A stretch of 63,428 nt of DNA, filler included, from Sphacelaria rigidula (GCA_964200075.2; 10 parts of 10 records of this genome joined end to end with filler, not necessarily neighbours in it); one strand, 5' to 3'; positions 39,158 to 52,110 are shown, numbered from the whole stretch's first letter. Numbers and translations: made by a program. Notes: generated by a model not told the origin, from the sequence alone.

Positions 39158-39368
39158 TGTAATGCGTGAGAGGACCGCGTGCTTAGAGGACCGCATCGTA
39201 GTTCGAAACACCTCAGGACCGACGTTTTCCTACACTAATCGGGCCAGTCCCTGCAGGGACCACGTCCCTGACCCCAGCCCCGACCCCAACCGTACGTACA
39301 ACTTCAACCATGGGGATGTTCAACTTCCGATGCGGTCCCCTGAGCACGCGGTCCTTTCACGCATTATA
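39158..39368 (+). mobile_element. MITE of about 210 bp with TGTAATGCGTGAGAGGACCGCGTGCT TIR and an internal telomere-like tract
   Basis: TIR pair ends ...AGCACGCGGTCCTTTCACGCATTA; other copies at 40609-40843, 41602-41812, 42304-42511 and 57354-57558. Confidence 0.88.
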
Positions 39369-40608
39369 ACGGGCTTCAGTGGCAAGCTACTACTACAGGA
39401 GGTGCATCGGGGCTCGTGAAGTGTCATTTCGGAAGTGAGGAGGTGCATCGGGCCTCGTGATACGATTGGTTCATAAATTGACCGCTTCTCACTCCTAACA
39501 GGATCCTCTACTTTCAATCTCACCTTAACATTGCTATATGCTGACATGTTCATTGATGCACCTACTCGCATCAAACCTCATGGGTCAGGTACAAAACGTA
39601 TACCTCTTTGCCGGTGTTTGAAAATTGGTGTGTTCAAGACGAGGGTAACTACTAATGGGTCCGCATAATAATGCGACATTTCACCCGAATCTGAACTGCG
39701 GTGGGAATTCCGACTAATTCTTTTGAGCGTGAGAAAGTGAAATAAGGCCGAGTGGAGAAGATCAAATCTGAGATGAATTTGCCTTTCGTGATTTCTTGTG
39801 CCCAGCAAAAGCAGAATGAATCCAGGTCGACAAGGGCTTTTCCTCAAACAGAGTGTTCATGGCGACCAAATCAAGCGCGGGATTACTTCCATGGAAAGAG
39901 GAAAGCCATGCTGATTTGGTCGAATCTGGCCATCGAGTGGAACAGACACCGCGGCGGTCTGCCGTCGATATTCGACCCGTACACTTCGATCCGAAGGTGT
40001 ATGTTGTTTTCGTTCATCTTGTAGTGCCCACAAGAACGCTGGTGAGAGCATCAGCTTGGTTAAAAATGATGAAAGCCCACCTCCCCTACGTTCTTGGGCA
40101 GTATCGTCGTTTCAGGAAAGTTCTCTGAGTGACCATCACTAACACGGGATCTTCAAAAGTGGAGATGGATCGTTTATCGGGGATGGGAAACCCGGAGAAT
40201 TAAAATCTTCGTCTCCACACCGAACCTTCGAAATATTTTCCCATTTCTTCACCTACTGATAGCTTTTGACAACTACTACACGCCGTAGATTTGGATTTTG
40301 ACCACCGAAATGTTGAGGTTCTGAATGAAAACACTATTTTGGGGAATTTCTGGTGTCCGAACGGACGCAAAAATGGTTCCGATGTTGTTTTTACCTTGGA
40401 CCCCACCAATCCGGTGATCAAAATCCAATTTTCTTTGGCGTGTAGCAGTTGTCAATAGCGCTATCAGTAAGTTCAGAAAGGGAACCATTTTTCGAAGATT
40501 TGGTGTGGATACCAAGATTTCATCTCTCCGGTTTCTCATCCCTAACAAAGAATCCATCCCCACTTTGTAAGATCCCATGTTCACTGCCTGGTTCAGCAGA
40601 AATGTTAC

Positions 40609-40843
40609 TATAATGCGTGAGAGGAACGCGTGCTTAGAGGACCGCATCGGAATTTGAACATCCCTATGGTTAGGGTTAGGGTTAGGGTTAGGTTCAGGGT
40701 TAGGGTTAGGGGTGGTGTTGGGGTTAGGGTCAGGGGCGTGGTACCTGCAGGGACTGGCCCGATTGGGTTTGAAAAACGTCGATGCTGAGGTGTTTCGAAC
40801 TACGATGCGGTGCTCTAAGCACGCGGTCATCTCACTCATTACA
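40609..40843 (-). mobile_element. Same MITE family, with an expanded (TTAGGG)n tract at about 40668-40730
   Basis: GGTTAGGGTTAGGGTTAGGGTTAGGTTCAGGGTTAGGGTTAGGG lies between the family TIRs. Confidence 0.88.
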
Positions 40844-41601
40844 GGATTTTGAAATGCAAATATTCGAAAGAGTGATCCGCTTTGCGGGGGATGGGCGGCG
40901 AAGGCAAGGGTAGAACGCAAAGTAATGTACACACCCGTTTTTTCCTCTTCTTCCAGAGCCCCCTTAGTTGTAATTTCGGTGGTGTCTCACAGCTGTGTCC
41001 CTGCATATATGTACGAGTTTATACAGCCGACCATCGAAAATGAGGATGGACCTCTTTATTGAGAATGATGATCCCCGGAGGATCGAAATCTTCGTGTCAA
41101 AACCATATCTTCGAAATATGTTTCCATTCCTTCACCTACTGGTAGCTCTTGACAACTGCTACACGCCCTACAGATTTCGATTCCGATAGCCGAAATGTTG
41201 GGATTCTAGATAAAGCAACAAGTTTGGGGAACTTGGGTGATCCGATCAGATCGCCGGAAAACCCCAAACTTGGATTTTCACCTAGGACCCCAACATATCG
41301 GTTACCGAAATCCAAATTTCCAGGGCCTGTAATAGTTGTTGTTAGCTACCAGTAGGTGAAGGAATGGAGCCATATTTCCAAGATTTGGTGTGGATACGAA
41401 GACTTGAAACCACTGGGTTCTCATGTTCAACGAGAAGCTCCATCCTCGATTTTGATGATCGGCTCTTTATACGAGTGATGCTGCGGTGGGGCTGCACAAG
41501 TATATCTGAGGTTGGAATTGTCAGAAGCCCTTCATCTCATCCAAAACACGACTTTTGACATGTGTAAGAGTACGCCAGGATTACTATTCAAATGTGCTAG
41601 G

Positions 41602-41812
41602 TGTGATGCGCGAGAGAACCGCGTGCTTGGAGGACCGCATCGTAGTTCGAAACACCTCAGGATTGACGTTTTTCAAAACCAATCGGGCCAGTCCCTGCAG
41701 GAGTCACGCTCCTGATCCTAACCCCAACAGTAACTACAACCCTGACCCTAACCATAGGGATGTTCCAATTCCGATGCGGTCTTCTAAGCACGCGTTTATC
41801 TCACGCATTACG
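41602..41812 (+). mobile_element. Telomere-repeat MITE copy
   Basis: Same TIR and internal GGGCCAGTCCCTGCAGG motif; CCTAAC repeats. Confidence 0.85.
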
Positions 41813-42303
41813 CTTGGAATACCCCGAATAAAGCTGAAGGGGGGATACCCTCACTCATTTTCTTGGGAATCTAGGATCGTTCGGAGCACCTGAACAAGAA
41901 ACGATTTTGCGCAAAACGTGCACCCCTACCGTAGTATCGCTCATATACACTCTGCAAGGGCAGGTCACGTAGTAGAGTACACTCAATTTCGGGGAAATTT
42001 GAAAGTCGTACTCAAAGTACACAAATTGGGGGTAGCGTTTTAGGGATCGCTTCCCAGTTATTCTTTGGGTACGACTCCTGAAACTTGACCCTAATGTGAG
42101 TACCTCAAGTACGTCTTTGATACTCTGCTATTTCGTTGGCCTTGAATTTCTCCTCGTTCTTTATTTTTTCTCTTGTTTTCTATGCCTTCTCCCCCTCTCT
42201 TCTTCTCCCTCCTTTGTGGATTTTCTTTCCTCGTTCTTCCTCTCATACCGTATATACCGCATCAGCGTTGGTTCCTCGCGCCTGCAAATCTCATGGGTGA
42301 GAC

Positions 42304-42620
42304 TGTAATGCGTGAGAGGACCGCGTGCTTAGAGGACCGCGTCGGAAGTTGAACATCCCCATGGTTGAAGTGAGAAGGGTTAGTGTTGGGCTTGGGTCAG
42401 GGGCGTGGTCCCTGCAGGGACTGGCCCGATTGGTCTTGGAAAACGTCGATCCTGAGGTGTTTGGAGCTGCAGTGCGCGGTCCTCTAAGCACGCGGTCCTC
42501 TCACGCATTACAGTGGTCTCTGCAGGAACTAGCCCCGTTGGAGTTAAAAACCGTTGATCCTGAGGTGTTTTTAACTATGATGCGATCGTCTGAGCACGCA
42601 GTTCCCTCACGCGTTACACG
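42304..42620 (-). mobile_element. Telomere-repeat MITE copy plus an adjacent half copy
   Basis: Full TGTAATGCG...CGCATTACA copy at 42304-42511, followed by a second partial right arm to about 42620. Confidence 0.82.
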
Positions 42621-42759
42621 GACCACAGTCTCCCCAAGCTTCTAGGTGCTGGTGCCGACCTCCGCTTTCTCGAGCAGATGCTTCCCTTCATTCGACTCAT
42701 ACATAGTTTTGAGCGCTGGGACCACGATTTTCACGGAGGAGCCCCCACTTGAAGGGATC

Positions 42760-43252
42760 GCTTCAAGGCCGCTCCTTATAACAGACGAAAATGAAAATCT
42801 GGAAAAGCGCCTTTTTCGAGTTTTTACGTCGTTTTACGCCCTAAAAGAGAGCTAGGCGGAGTTTGGCACTTTTGAATGACTTGCACTACTAGTAGTTGAC
42901 GCGGTGGAACATCTTCCCGTTTACCGGTGGCCGCACTCCTCATTTTGGCCAAAAACATTTTTTGTCCAAGAACGGTCAAAAACATTCAAGTCCAGAGAAA
43001 AATGGTGACGGTTTCTAGATTTGGTGTATTTTACTGCTCTTGGACAAAAAAATATTCTTGTTCGGCCAACATAAAACTGCGGCCACCGGAAAAACGGAAA
43101 TATGTCCTGGAACCGCCTCAACTAGTAGAGTAAGTCATTCCAAGGTGTCAATCTCCGCCTGGCTCTCTTCTAGTGCGTAAAACGACGGGAAAGCTTCAAA
43201 AAGACACTTTTCCAGATTTTTAGTTCTGTCTGTTGTCATCAGCGGCCCAAGC
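42760..43252. mobile_element. Foldback element of about 490 bp (imperfect palindrome over nearly its whole length)
   Basis: Matching arms include AAAATCTGGAAAAG/CTTTTCCAGATTTT, GAATGACTT/AAGTCATTC, CCGGTGGCCGCA/TGCGGCCACCGG and TTTTGTCCAAGA/TCTTGGACAAAA. Confidence 0.8.
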
Positions 43253-43762
43253 AGAAAAGTTTTTTCAAACATTCTAACCATGGTGTGGGTACGCAGAACA
43301 ATTTCAAACCCCCACATGTACCACAACGACGATGGAGATGGCATGGCGTTGAAACAAAACACTCGACTGTATGCGTGGACGTTTGCATTTTCTGTAATAC
43401 TTACCCCATCCCTTTCGTAGCGCCACTCTCTAGCCGTAGCCCCCACCCGGGGTACACACCTGACTGTAATCCACGGTGTAGCCCATGTCTTCCAAACTGG
43501 CCGCACTGATCTTCGACAAGAACGAGGTTCCCTGTGATACGGTGATGCGTGTGTTCGTGCGACAGTCAAGGTGAGAATAATCGGAGTTCCAGAGGAAATA
43601 TCGATCACTACTCCATGGCCCGGGGGTTGTACAGCACCGCATTTTTCACTGTTTTGTTCTGATCCACTATATTTTATTTCAAGTTCGGCATACACCAGAG
43701 TACATCCCTTATAATTCGACATCCGCCGACACAAACCTCGTATTCTTACTAGTTGGCGCTGA

Positions 43763-44107
43763 GGCCGGATGTTATGACAAACAGATTTTTGGCCCACGGA
43801 TTGTTCACTTTCATGACGTTTGACCCGCCTTTTGACCCCCAAGCCGAAAAAACCGCCAACACACGTCTCGGACACTTTGCATCTACCACAGAGAGGAGCC
43901 TAGTCTGCTTCTTAGATTCGCGCGGCTCCAACGTTCGAAATTGGCCGCGGGAAAAAACTTTGCGCGTAAAAGTCTGTGCCTGCCGACTCCCGCCAGTTTG
44001 GTCCGCCAGTTTGGCGGTTTTCTCGGCTTGTGGGTCGAAAGGTGGGTCAAACGTCATGAAAGTGAACAATCCGTGGGCCAAAAATCTGTTTGTCATAACA
44101 TCCGGCC
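43763..44107. mobile_element. PIF/Harbinger-like MITE, 345 bp, TIR of about 95 bp, TGA target duplication
   Basis: GGCCGGATGTTATGACAAACAGATTTTTGGCCCACGGATTGTTCACTTTCATGACGTTTGACCC is perfectly inverted at the right end; TGA at 43760-43762 and 44108-44110. Confidence 0.92.
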
Positions 44108-44969
44108 TGAGTTTATGGATCGACCGGAATATTAGAGAGTTTCGGCGGATGTTTTTTTTCATCAGAGAGTTTCGAGAGATGGTTTTCCTCGTTATAGAGT
44201 TCGATCCGGAGTGGAAGCTTTACAACTTCAGAATGAATGCTAAATAACAGCCGATTTCCTAAAATGGGGTTGAAAAAAAATGAGGTTCAACTCAAAAGTC
44301 GTGCTTTCCCTGACCTAAATTCGTGACCAATGACTTGCATAAGGACCACCCCATCCCTCCCGACGTCCTTGNNNNNNNNNNNNNNNNNNNNNNNNNNNNN
44401 NNNNNNNNNNNNNNNTTAATTAATTAANNNNNNNNNNNNNNNNNNNNNNNNNNNNNNNNNNNNNNNNNNNNGTACAGGGGTGATTGTTGGAGCGCTGAGT
44501 GCGGGGAGGCGGAGGGGTGGGGCATGAGATATTACTAATACGTGGTCGGGAGCGCCGCACTAAAAAGACGCGCTACAGAGGATAGTACTTTCTGGAGATG
44601 GGCACAAAACACGGCAAATGCGCAACAGTATACATCTCTCGACGGTTGAGTGCGGTATCCTCTATGCCTTACCAGTACGCGATAACAACTATGTGATGCG
44701 ACAAACGCTTCTTTGGTGTAAGGATTGCCGTGGAGCCAAGCACGCGATTTCCTCCATTTTCTACTCAAAGAAAAATAACGTCGAGCTACACCCAATGAGC
44801 ACCATTTTTCATGCGGGATTTTTTATCCATTCATCTTCTGAAGCTTAGTGTCTGAACTAAGTGACTTGTCAGTGCTGCCGCGAACCGTTTTACTCCTGCC
44901 AGGACTACAAAAACAACAGCTCCTTGTTCATCCTGATTCCATTTCATGTTGGTTCCGACCGTTGCTCAC

Positions 44970-46007
44970 CTGCACTTTTCTGCGCTTAGCATCTTCGGCC
45001 TTGCTCTCCGTGCTCATCTCCACGCGCGGTGCCTTGATATATCGGAACGTCGTGGTCGAAATCAGGTCGGAGCCAAACGGGCTGCTTATACCTATAGAGA
45101 TGTTGCTAAGAACCATCTTGATAATGCGCGTCTCCTCTCGTAACCTGTCAAGTACACAGAAAAGTAGAAACCAAAACGAACATCCAGGGTTGAAACATGC
45201 CGAAGATAGCGATCTTCTTGCCTATAACAGACGATACAACCCTTTTGCACTACGATTTCGTCAAAGCGTCAAACCATTCTTGAGGGGGGGAAATGTGCGT
45301 CTTGCGTTCGAACAATTGGCGTCTCTCGATCTTCTTGGGGGGCACATGGTAAAATGCGGCAGTAGGAGTTTCATCAGTTAGGAACACTGTCTTTCCCAAA
45401 CGACTATCGTTCTAAAATCATTGCTTGTGTGTGTTTTCAACTCGCCACCACCGTCCATAATCCCGTCCCTGTCTCGCTACTATAGCTACTTAAGTTGGTG
45501 AGATGTACATTACAATCGGTACCGTACCAGCGCTCATACCCATGTCCCACTGCCGTGCTGCATTCAAATTGCCAGAGGTTATGCCGCACTTTTATAGCAA
45601 CTATTATACTCGACCAAAAAACACGCCAACCCGAACTGCAGACGGTCCTCGTGAATAAATAACCCGCTTTCTCACGTAGTTGGGTGTGTGATGATAATCG
45701 CGTCTCCCGAGTGTACCTCGTCCATAAACTTCGTGCCGTGTCCATGCACTGCTGTTCCCGACGACGTTATCCTACCCGTTCCCGATATTGGCCTCATCTC
45801 TTCCTCGGGCTCTTGACGATGATCTTCGGCTCCTGGCCTTTCCCCCTCCGGCCGTCCTGCTGCTGCACCGCCGGTTGTTAGGAATCCTTCGGCCTGGGCT
45901 TGAGCTAACGCCTTCTCCCGCTTGCGTTTCTGCTTCTCTTTCTTCTTCCCCCTCATCGAGACGGCCTGCTCGCCCCCCTTGAATACTAACCTACCACCCT
46001 TCGGCAT
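44970..46007 (-). CDS. 5' exons of a conserved-looking protein of unknown function
   Basis: Exon 1 46007-45676 (MPKGGRLVFKGGEQ...GTGRITSSGTAVHGHGTKFMDEVHSGDAIIITHPT) splices in phase (GT-AG) to exon 2 45144-44970 (LREETRIIKMVLSNISIGISSPFGSDLISTTTFRYIKAP...). Confidence 0.85.
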
Positions 46008-46374
46008 TTTAGCTTGCCTGACTGCTGCTTCGACCAAAAATAGATAGAGCACAGCAGTTGGATGGTGCGGTAAGTTGTCGATACAAAACCGCTCACTTTG
46101 TAGCGATCGTCTCTTTAGGCTGACGATCAGTGCTTTGGTGTTTCTCTCTTCTCTGGTAACTAGACAGGTCAGCAGTTGACAGTAGCCGGGTTGCTGAACA
46201 TCTGAAGGTGAGCCGGGATGTCGGCGCTCGGCTTGCGCTCGGCATATATTGTATCGACATTATCCAATGGAACATGACAATCTCATCGTATTACAACACT
46301 GAACCGGTGCCTCTTACAGGGGCCTGCCTAGTGTTGTGTGCTGTGTTGTTGTGCAGTAGCTCACAAATCAGGCA

Positions 46375-49300
46375 ATGTCAAACATCACACCGACTGAAAA
46401 ACACAAGCGTCAGAAACAGTCGTTGTCTGGGGTCTTGAATCTTCCGACCAGACAGCCGTTACCGCCAGCAACAGCAGCAGAACCATCACAGAGCATCGGG
46501 AACACTCAACATCACACACGAAGCAGTAACACTCGCCCTTCTTCCTCTCACAGCGTCGCCAGCGGAGCCGGCAGCAGCAGCAGCAGCAGCAGCAGTAGCC
46601 ATAGTGCCAGACAAGTAGAAGAAGAAGCTGATCCGTACGGAGAAGATGACTTTGACTTCATGGAAGGCGCGAATGACGTACCAAACGACACGATGGCTGC
46701 TATTTTGACGCTGCAGCAACAGTTTTACGGTGAAAAGAAGCCGTCACCTGGCAAGCGACGCGGCAGCGGCGAGAATGGTTCAACCGGAAGAGGCAGGGCA
46801 CGCACAGGCTTGGTTCTTCAGCATCAAATGTGGGTACAATGGTGTGCAATGCGACACTGCACTGTAATGTCTGTACTGCATCGGCTCAGGATTTATCGCA
46901 CGACTGATGTTTCAACACTGCACGGTTCCATCTACAGACAGGCTGTTGACATGGTGGCTTGGAGGACGTGCCGGTCAGTGGGTCCAGTACGATTTTCACA
47001 GTTCCATTATGCGATGATGACCCGCGCCTCCACTCGGAACTTTACACACCTACGCCACGGCCATACCATACGGCGCCTCGTACTCCAAAGTGTTTCGTTG
47101 CGCTTGATATTGTGGCCTCGGCATGTCTGCGCAGCTACACCATACTGCAGAACAGAACAGCGGTGGATCTCGAACTCACAACAATGCGGAAAGATAACAC
47201 GCTGAGAACGTTTCGCCTTAGCACGGGCAGAGAGGACTGGGGCGTCATGAGCACAGAACACTATCTCAAACTGGTGAGCATTGTTTAGAGTTCAGGATGG
47301 AGAGTGCTACCGTAGTCGTAGCCGTCGCCGTAGGTTCGGAATTCGCGAAGATACCGCTTTCTGCGAAACATGTGATGTCGGAAATTTTGGCAGCCATCTG
47401 TTTATCAACACGAGTACGATGTGTAACGTACCCCTTTTACAGTAATTTCCTGTATGACATAAGGATGATGACAGCTGTACTATGTCGGCGAATTCTTCTC
47501 CCAGGAACAGGCCTAAACAAGAAGTGGTTTCAGAAAAACTCGTTGGGAAACTCCGCGAACTTTGATGGAGGGGTTTTCTTGGACGTACGAAGCGGTTTCA
47601 CAGCTGTTGTCTTTTAGTGCGTCACGAACTAGGTAAGGGTCGTTGTCGGCAAGCGTTTCTTGGCCAGAAAGACGGACACTGCAATAGTGGGGGGAAAGAG
47701 TTGAAGTCCACTAAAGTCGCACATCCCCGTCAGCGAGAGTGCTCATTTTTTTTACCAACGAGCTGTTATGGAAACTCCAGCTCAACGGCATCGCATACCT
47801 GTCATGCGCCGACCATGACACCATACTTTATCAACAGGTGCAGGAGGACGGTGGCGTGTGAGCATCGTAAGGGCGATATGTTGAGCATTACTCGGGGTGT
47901 AGAGCAGATGCGATTTACCACAGCAACCTGTACGGAACTGTGATGTACTTGACTGTACGGATCTGGTGTGTACACCAAGAAAAGTCGCCTTCCTCGCGAA
48001 ATGTTCGTGCCTATTATATCAGGAAATGCCCCTTTCCCCCCGCGAAATAAACAGTCGCCAAAAATGAGCCCAAATGATGAAGATGTTCATTGACGATGGC
48101 ATGCAAGATCATGAGTACACCACCCTTCCCTCCCCCCCCCCCCTTCCCCCCGCGATCAGTCCACCTACTGTCGGGGAGTTTATTATCTATACTGCTTAGG
48201 GTGTGTTCACCCCCCTTCCTGATACCGCCGTCCGTGCAGTAGAGATTATTTAATAGCATCTAAGCCATGCGCACCCAGATGTAGCGGAATAGGCGAGGAG
48301 TACTGGGTGCACCTCTCCCCCGTTCCTACGTAGCACCCCCAGGTGAATAGTTCCCGGGTGGCAGAAACTCATTGCCGAGAGCTCATCACTAGGAATCGAT
48401 GCACTTTGTAGCCCACGGTAGGCTCCTAAGCATGAAATGACGAGGAAGCAGATGCGACTAGAATAGGTGTCGACGTTGACCTGACCGCTGTACGGTACTT
48501 CTTCCTCAATCGTCTCCCTATTTTATTCATATCTTACAACGTGTCCATGCATGCGTCCCTTAGGTATCCAAGGCATTTGGCGACACGCGGAAAACAGGAG
48601 ATTGTGTTGATCCCTCCGAGGGGGAAACGGTGGATTCTCGAACTTCAGAAGACGGGGACAAACTGGATGAGACGGTCCATGTTAGCGCAGGACCGAAAAT
48701 CACCAGCAGAGTATCAAGTACCCGCGGCGCTGCGAATAGCTTAAAACGCCCCCGCGCAGCTGCTGATGTCACGACCACGACTGCTATAAAGCCGGAGGTC
48801 TTACCCCCTGCAGGAGATGTGCTCAAATACTTGGTACGATCGAACCAACGAGCGTACACTTCCCGAAAAGAGGTGACAATTGCCATGCGGGAAGTTTCGA
48901 GCAAGCGCAGCCGTCGGTCTGCAGAAAGCGGTGGTGACGGGACCGGGGCGGGGGCGGGGACTGCAGCTGGCGTGGGAAGCGGGGAGGGGGGTGAAGGAAG
49001 TTGGGGCAGCAGGGAGGGTGGAGAAGATGAAGAGCCAGATTTGTCAAGCATAAAGCGGGAGGAGGCAATAGTTGTTTCTCTTGTTGGGTGAGAAGAGTAG
49101 CTGGGCGTATTTGCTGGGTGATGGGCTCTGCGTTTATCGATGGGTCATGCATTGGTTGACCGGTTGCGCGTTGGGTAGTGGTAGGTTACGTACGGCCAGT
49201 AAGCCGCTCGTTTGTGCGCGCGTGTATAATTTCATTTGAGCTTGTATCCGCCTGTAGACTGCAGATGCGCCCTCGACAGCCTTATGCACTTTGTGCTCAT

Positions 49301-50261
49301 GGACTTTCAACAGCCGTGTGATACAGTGGTTGATCCCATTTTGGCTGTAAACCAACTCAAGACTTGAAATTTCCGAAACGTACACTACTGTGCGTTGTCC
49401 AAGACTCTACTGCTGTATTCTATGGATGAACTTCGTGCACTGAAAATGATCTTCGAACTTCATTTCTAATCAGGCATCATTTTTTCACCGATACCAAGAC
49501 ATGGTACACATGGACGGCTGGTGCGTGCTGTACGCATACTCCTCCTCCAGTGGTCGTTCCTGCAGCATAGTCATGGTAATGTTCAAGCTTTCTGCTTTTG
49601 TGCGCCGAACCTTGCACGGTTAGGACGAATCAGATTTCATAAAAGTTGACTCCCCATAAAATGACAGGATTCGATCATATGCCGACTGTTGGTCCCGCAT
49701 GAACCCGAGGGTGGATAACATATGCAGTGGAGAAATCATCTCGGGCGCATTACAGATGGGAGAAAAGTACGCGTGATTCAAGGCCCGTGGAATGAGAGGA
49801 TTCAACCATGTGCCGACTCTTCGTCCCGCATGAACCCGACGGTGGGAAACATACACGGGCGTTCACATCGCACGAATCACACATGGCACAGATGTACATG
49901 CCATTCATGTCTCATGAAGTTAAGAGTGGGTGGCATGTACAATCGATTCACTCCACATGAAGTACAGGGAGATGAATATGTGCCCATGATTTACCCCGAA
50001 TGAACGGACAGTAGGAAACAGGTACTTTCGACGGTGTACTGCACGAGTCACGAGCTCAAAACCTGTATATTTTACAAATGGTGCACGAATCGTATGATTT
50101 ATTCGTTGGCATGATGAACATGAGTTGAATCACGATTTTATTCGTCCTTACCGTGGAACCTTGCATGTGACCCTTCTCGCAGCGAACTCATCCGCGCCGG
50201 CTTTCTGCTGCCTAGGCGAGATGTGGGGCGGGAGGAGGCGTACTGGTTTTCAGTACCTCAA
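46375..50261 (+). CDS. STK19: STK19-family winged-helix protein (3' end not in this scaffold)
   Basis: Phase-consistent exons 46375-46829, 47135-47273, 48564-49087 and 50183-50261 give LVLQHQIYTILQNRTAVDLELTTMRKDNTLRTFRL..G..D and ELIRAGFLLPRRD..EAYWFSVP. These match the STK19 patterns HQLY....RT.VD..L and AG.L...YW.S.P. Confidence 0.82.
49615..50155. mobile_element. hAT-like MITE, 541 bp, in an STK19 intron; 8-bp TSD GAACCTTG
   Basis: TIR CACGGTTAGGACGAAT / ATTCGTCCTTACCGTG; TSD at 49607-49614 and 50156-50163. The same end sequence occurs at about 25246. Confidence 0.9.
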
Positions 50262-50845
50262 GTGAGTTTATGTTCCCTCTTTGGCCCAAGTCGATCATAG
50301 TGTATACGTGGGTCTTTGGGACCCCCTTGATTAATATTTGGCCAGTGTGATACCCTTGCAACTTGCAACCGCATTCATCATCTCAGCAAACGTTAAGATC
50401 GTTGGCAATATTTCCTCCCTGGCAAACGTAGGTTAATGGATGGTGTATCTATGAATATTTCTCTCCGCGTCCGGATGTGCTCGGCTCGATCTGCCGGGAA
50501 AGCTGCGGAGCAACGTTTGGCAATCTCGTACTGCCTGACACATTTAACAGCCGATCAAAAAAATTGGGGATGGAGCTTTCCATTTTGGATGACACCCCAA
50601 AATATGTCTTCGTCTCGACACTTGTTTTTCGAAATGTGGTTGCATTCCTTCACCTACAGGTGGTAATCGATAACTACTGTGTGTGTGTGTTGTCGTCCCA
50701 TTTATTCTGGGCACCAATCTACATNNNNNNNNNNNNNNNNNNNNNNNNNNNNNNNNNNNNNNNNNNNNTTAATTAATTAANNNNNNNNNNNNNNNNNNNN
50801 NNNNNNNNNNNNNNNNNNNNNNNNCACGACCCGTCGACTGTCGTC

Positions 50846-51212
50846 ATGTGTGTGTGTGTTGTCGTCCCATCTATTCTGGACGCCGATCTACACCTTTCGG
50901 TATATGTGGGCGCACCAGCCGGGGTCACACAGGAGGAAGTTCAATACAGGAGTTGTTTCTTTTTTGTTTGTTTTTAGTACTCCACCTTCCATTTGCGGTG
51001 CTCGTGTTTTATTTTTTATCGCGAGAGGGGTACAGCGGGAGTCCCTTTCCCTCGTCGACCGTCAAGTCGAATTTTGTGTACCCACGATGTGATATACTTG
51101 CTCTCCACTGTTGGGCATTGTGTGAGAGAAATCCCGGATCGCTCCGAAATTTGAACCCACGGCCCAACCATCAGAAGGTTTGGAGGTTACCAACTGAGCC
51201 ACCGAGGCGACC
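50846..51212 (-). mobile_element. tRNA-derived SINE family 1
   Basis: Minus-strand head with A box TGGCTCAGTTGG and B box GGTTCAAAT; body aligns by eye to 6607-6937; (CA)n tail. Confidence 0.82.
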
Positions 51213-51538
51213 GGTCGGTATATTCTATCACCATTCGAGTGTTTGCCGAAAACGTGTCTTCACTTGTCAGGAGTTCGATTTTTCATATATTTTGAACACG
51301 CACGCGCATACATTCATGCATGTATGCACATGTATCATTTCATATTTCTCACCACTTTTGCCGACTTTCTCCGGCGACAAGGCATTTTTTCCCGCGCTTT
51401 CTCTTCCCGCGTGCTGAGAAGGCTCAGCGATACATTACCGTTCAGGTTTGGGTGTCATCTGACACCTGTGGCGCGTGTTCTGGCTACCGAAAGTCGCTCA
51501 AACTGGCCTTTTTTCGCGAGGTGTCGAACCCGAACCAT

Positions 51539-51627
51539 AAAAGCCTGTTGAAGATCATGGAAAACTTAAAACAGGAACCTGAGCCAGAAAAAAGCCTGTT
51601 GAAGATCATGGAAAACTTCAAACAGGA
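51539..51627 (+). repeat. Short direct duplication of about 38 bp
   Basis: AAAAGCCTGTTGAAGATCATGGAAAACTT(A/C)AAACAGGA occurs twice, 52 bp apart. Confidence 0.9.
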
Positions 51628-52110
51628 TTACTTTTGGTGGGGTATTTTCCCTCCGTGTTTCTCTTTGTCGCGTTCTCGTTCATTTCGGAGCACGAACACA
51701 CCGGTTATGCCGCCAATGTCACGAGAACATTAGAGCAAAGCAGTTGAAAACAATTGAACGTTGCCTTCGCCTTAGTCAGTAGCAATTGCAAGACCGTGCA
51801 ATGGGGCGTTGGCAAGTTGAGCAAGACACAGCAGTACGGCAGCACAGGAATGTTTGACTGCAAAAAAAAAATAAACAAGCACCCGGCTTAAAAAAAGACC
51901 CGGTGATGTGGAACCCACCGTGACGTGCAATCGTTTCAGACAAGAACCACCATTCCTATGTCCACAGACATGAAAATGAAAGCTTGCATGTGCAGCGAAA
52001 AACGACAGCACTGCAAAAACATGCACGTTAAAAAAAATGGTCCGGTGAAAAAAGGACCGATGAAAAAGGCCCGGTGAAAAGTTCGGCAGGCTTTTAAAAT
52101 AAAACGCAAC

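Noticed and set aside
40668..40730. True chromosome telomere
   Set aside because: Short, degenerate and enclosed by MITE TIRs in the middle of a scaffold.
43135..44247. Opposite-strand ORFs sharing the peptide LRPDVMTNRFLAHGLFTFMTFDPPFDPQAEKTA
   Set aside because: A by-product of the MITE's long inverted repeats.
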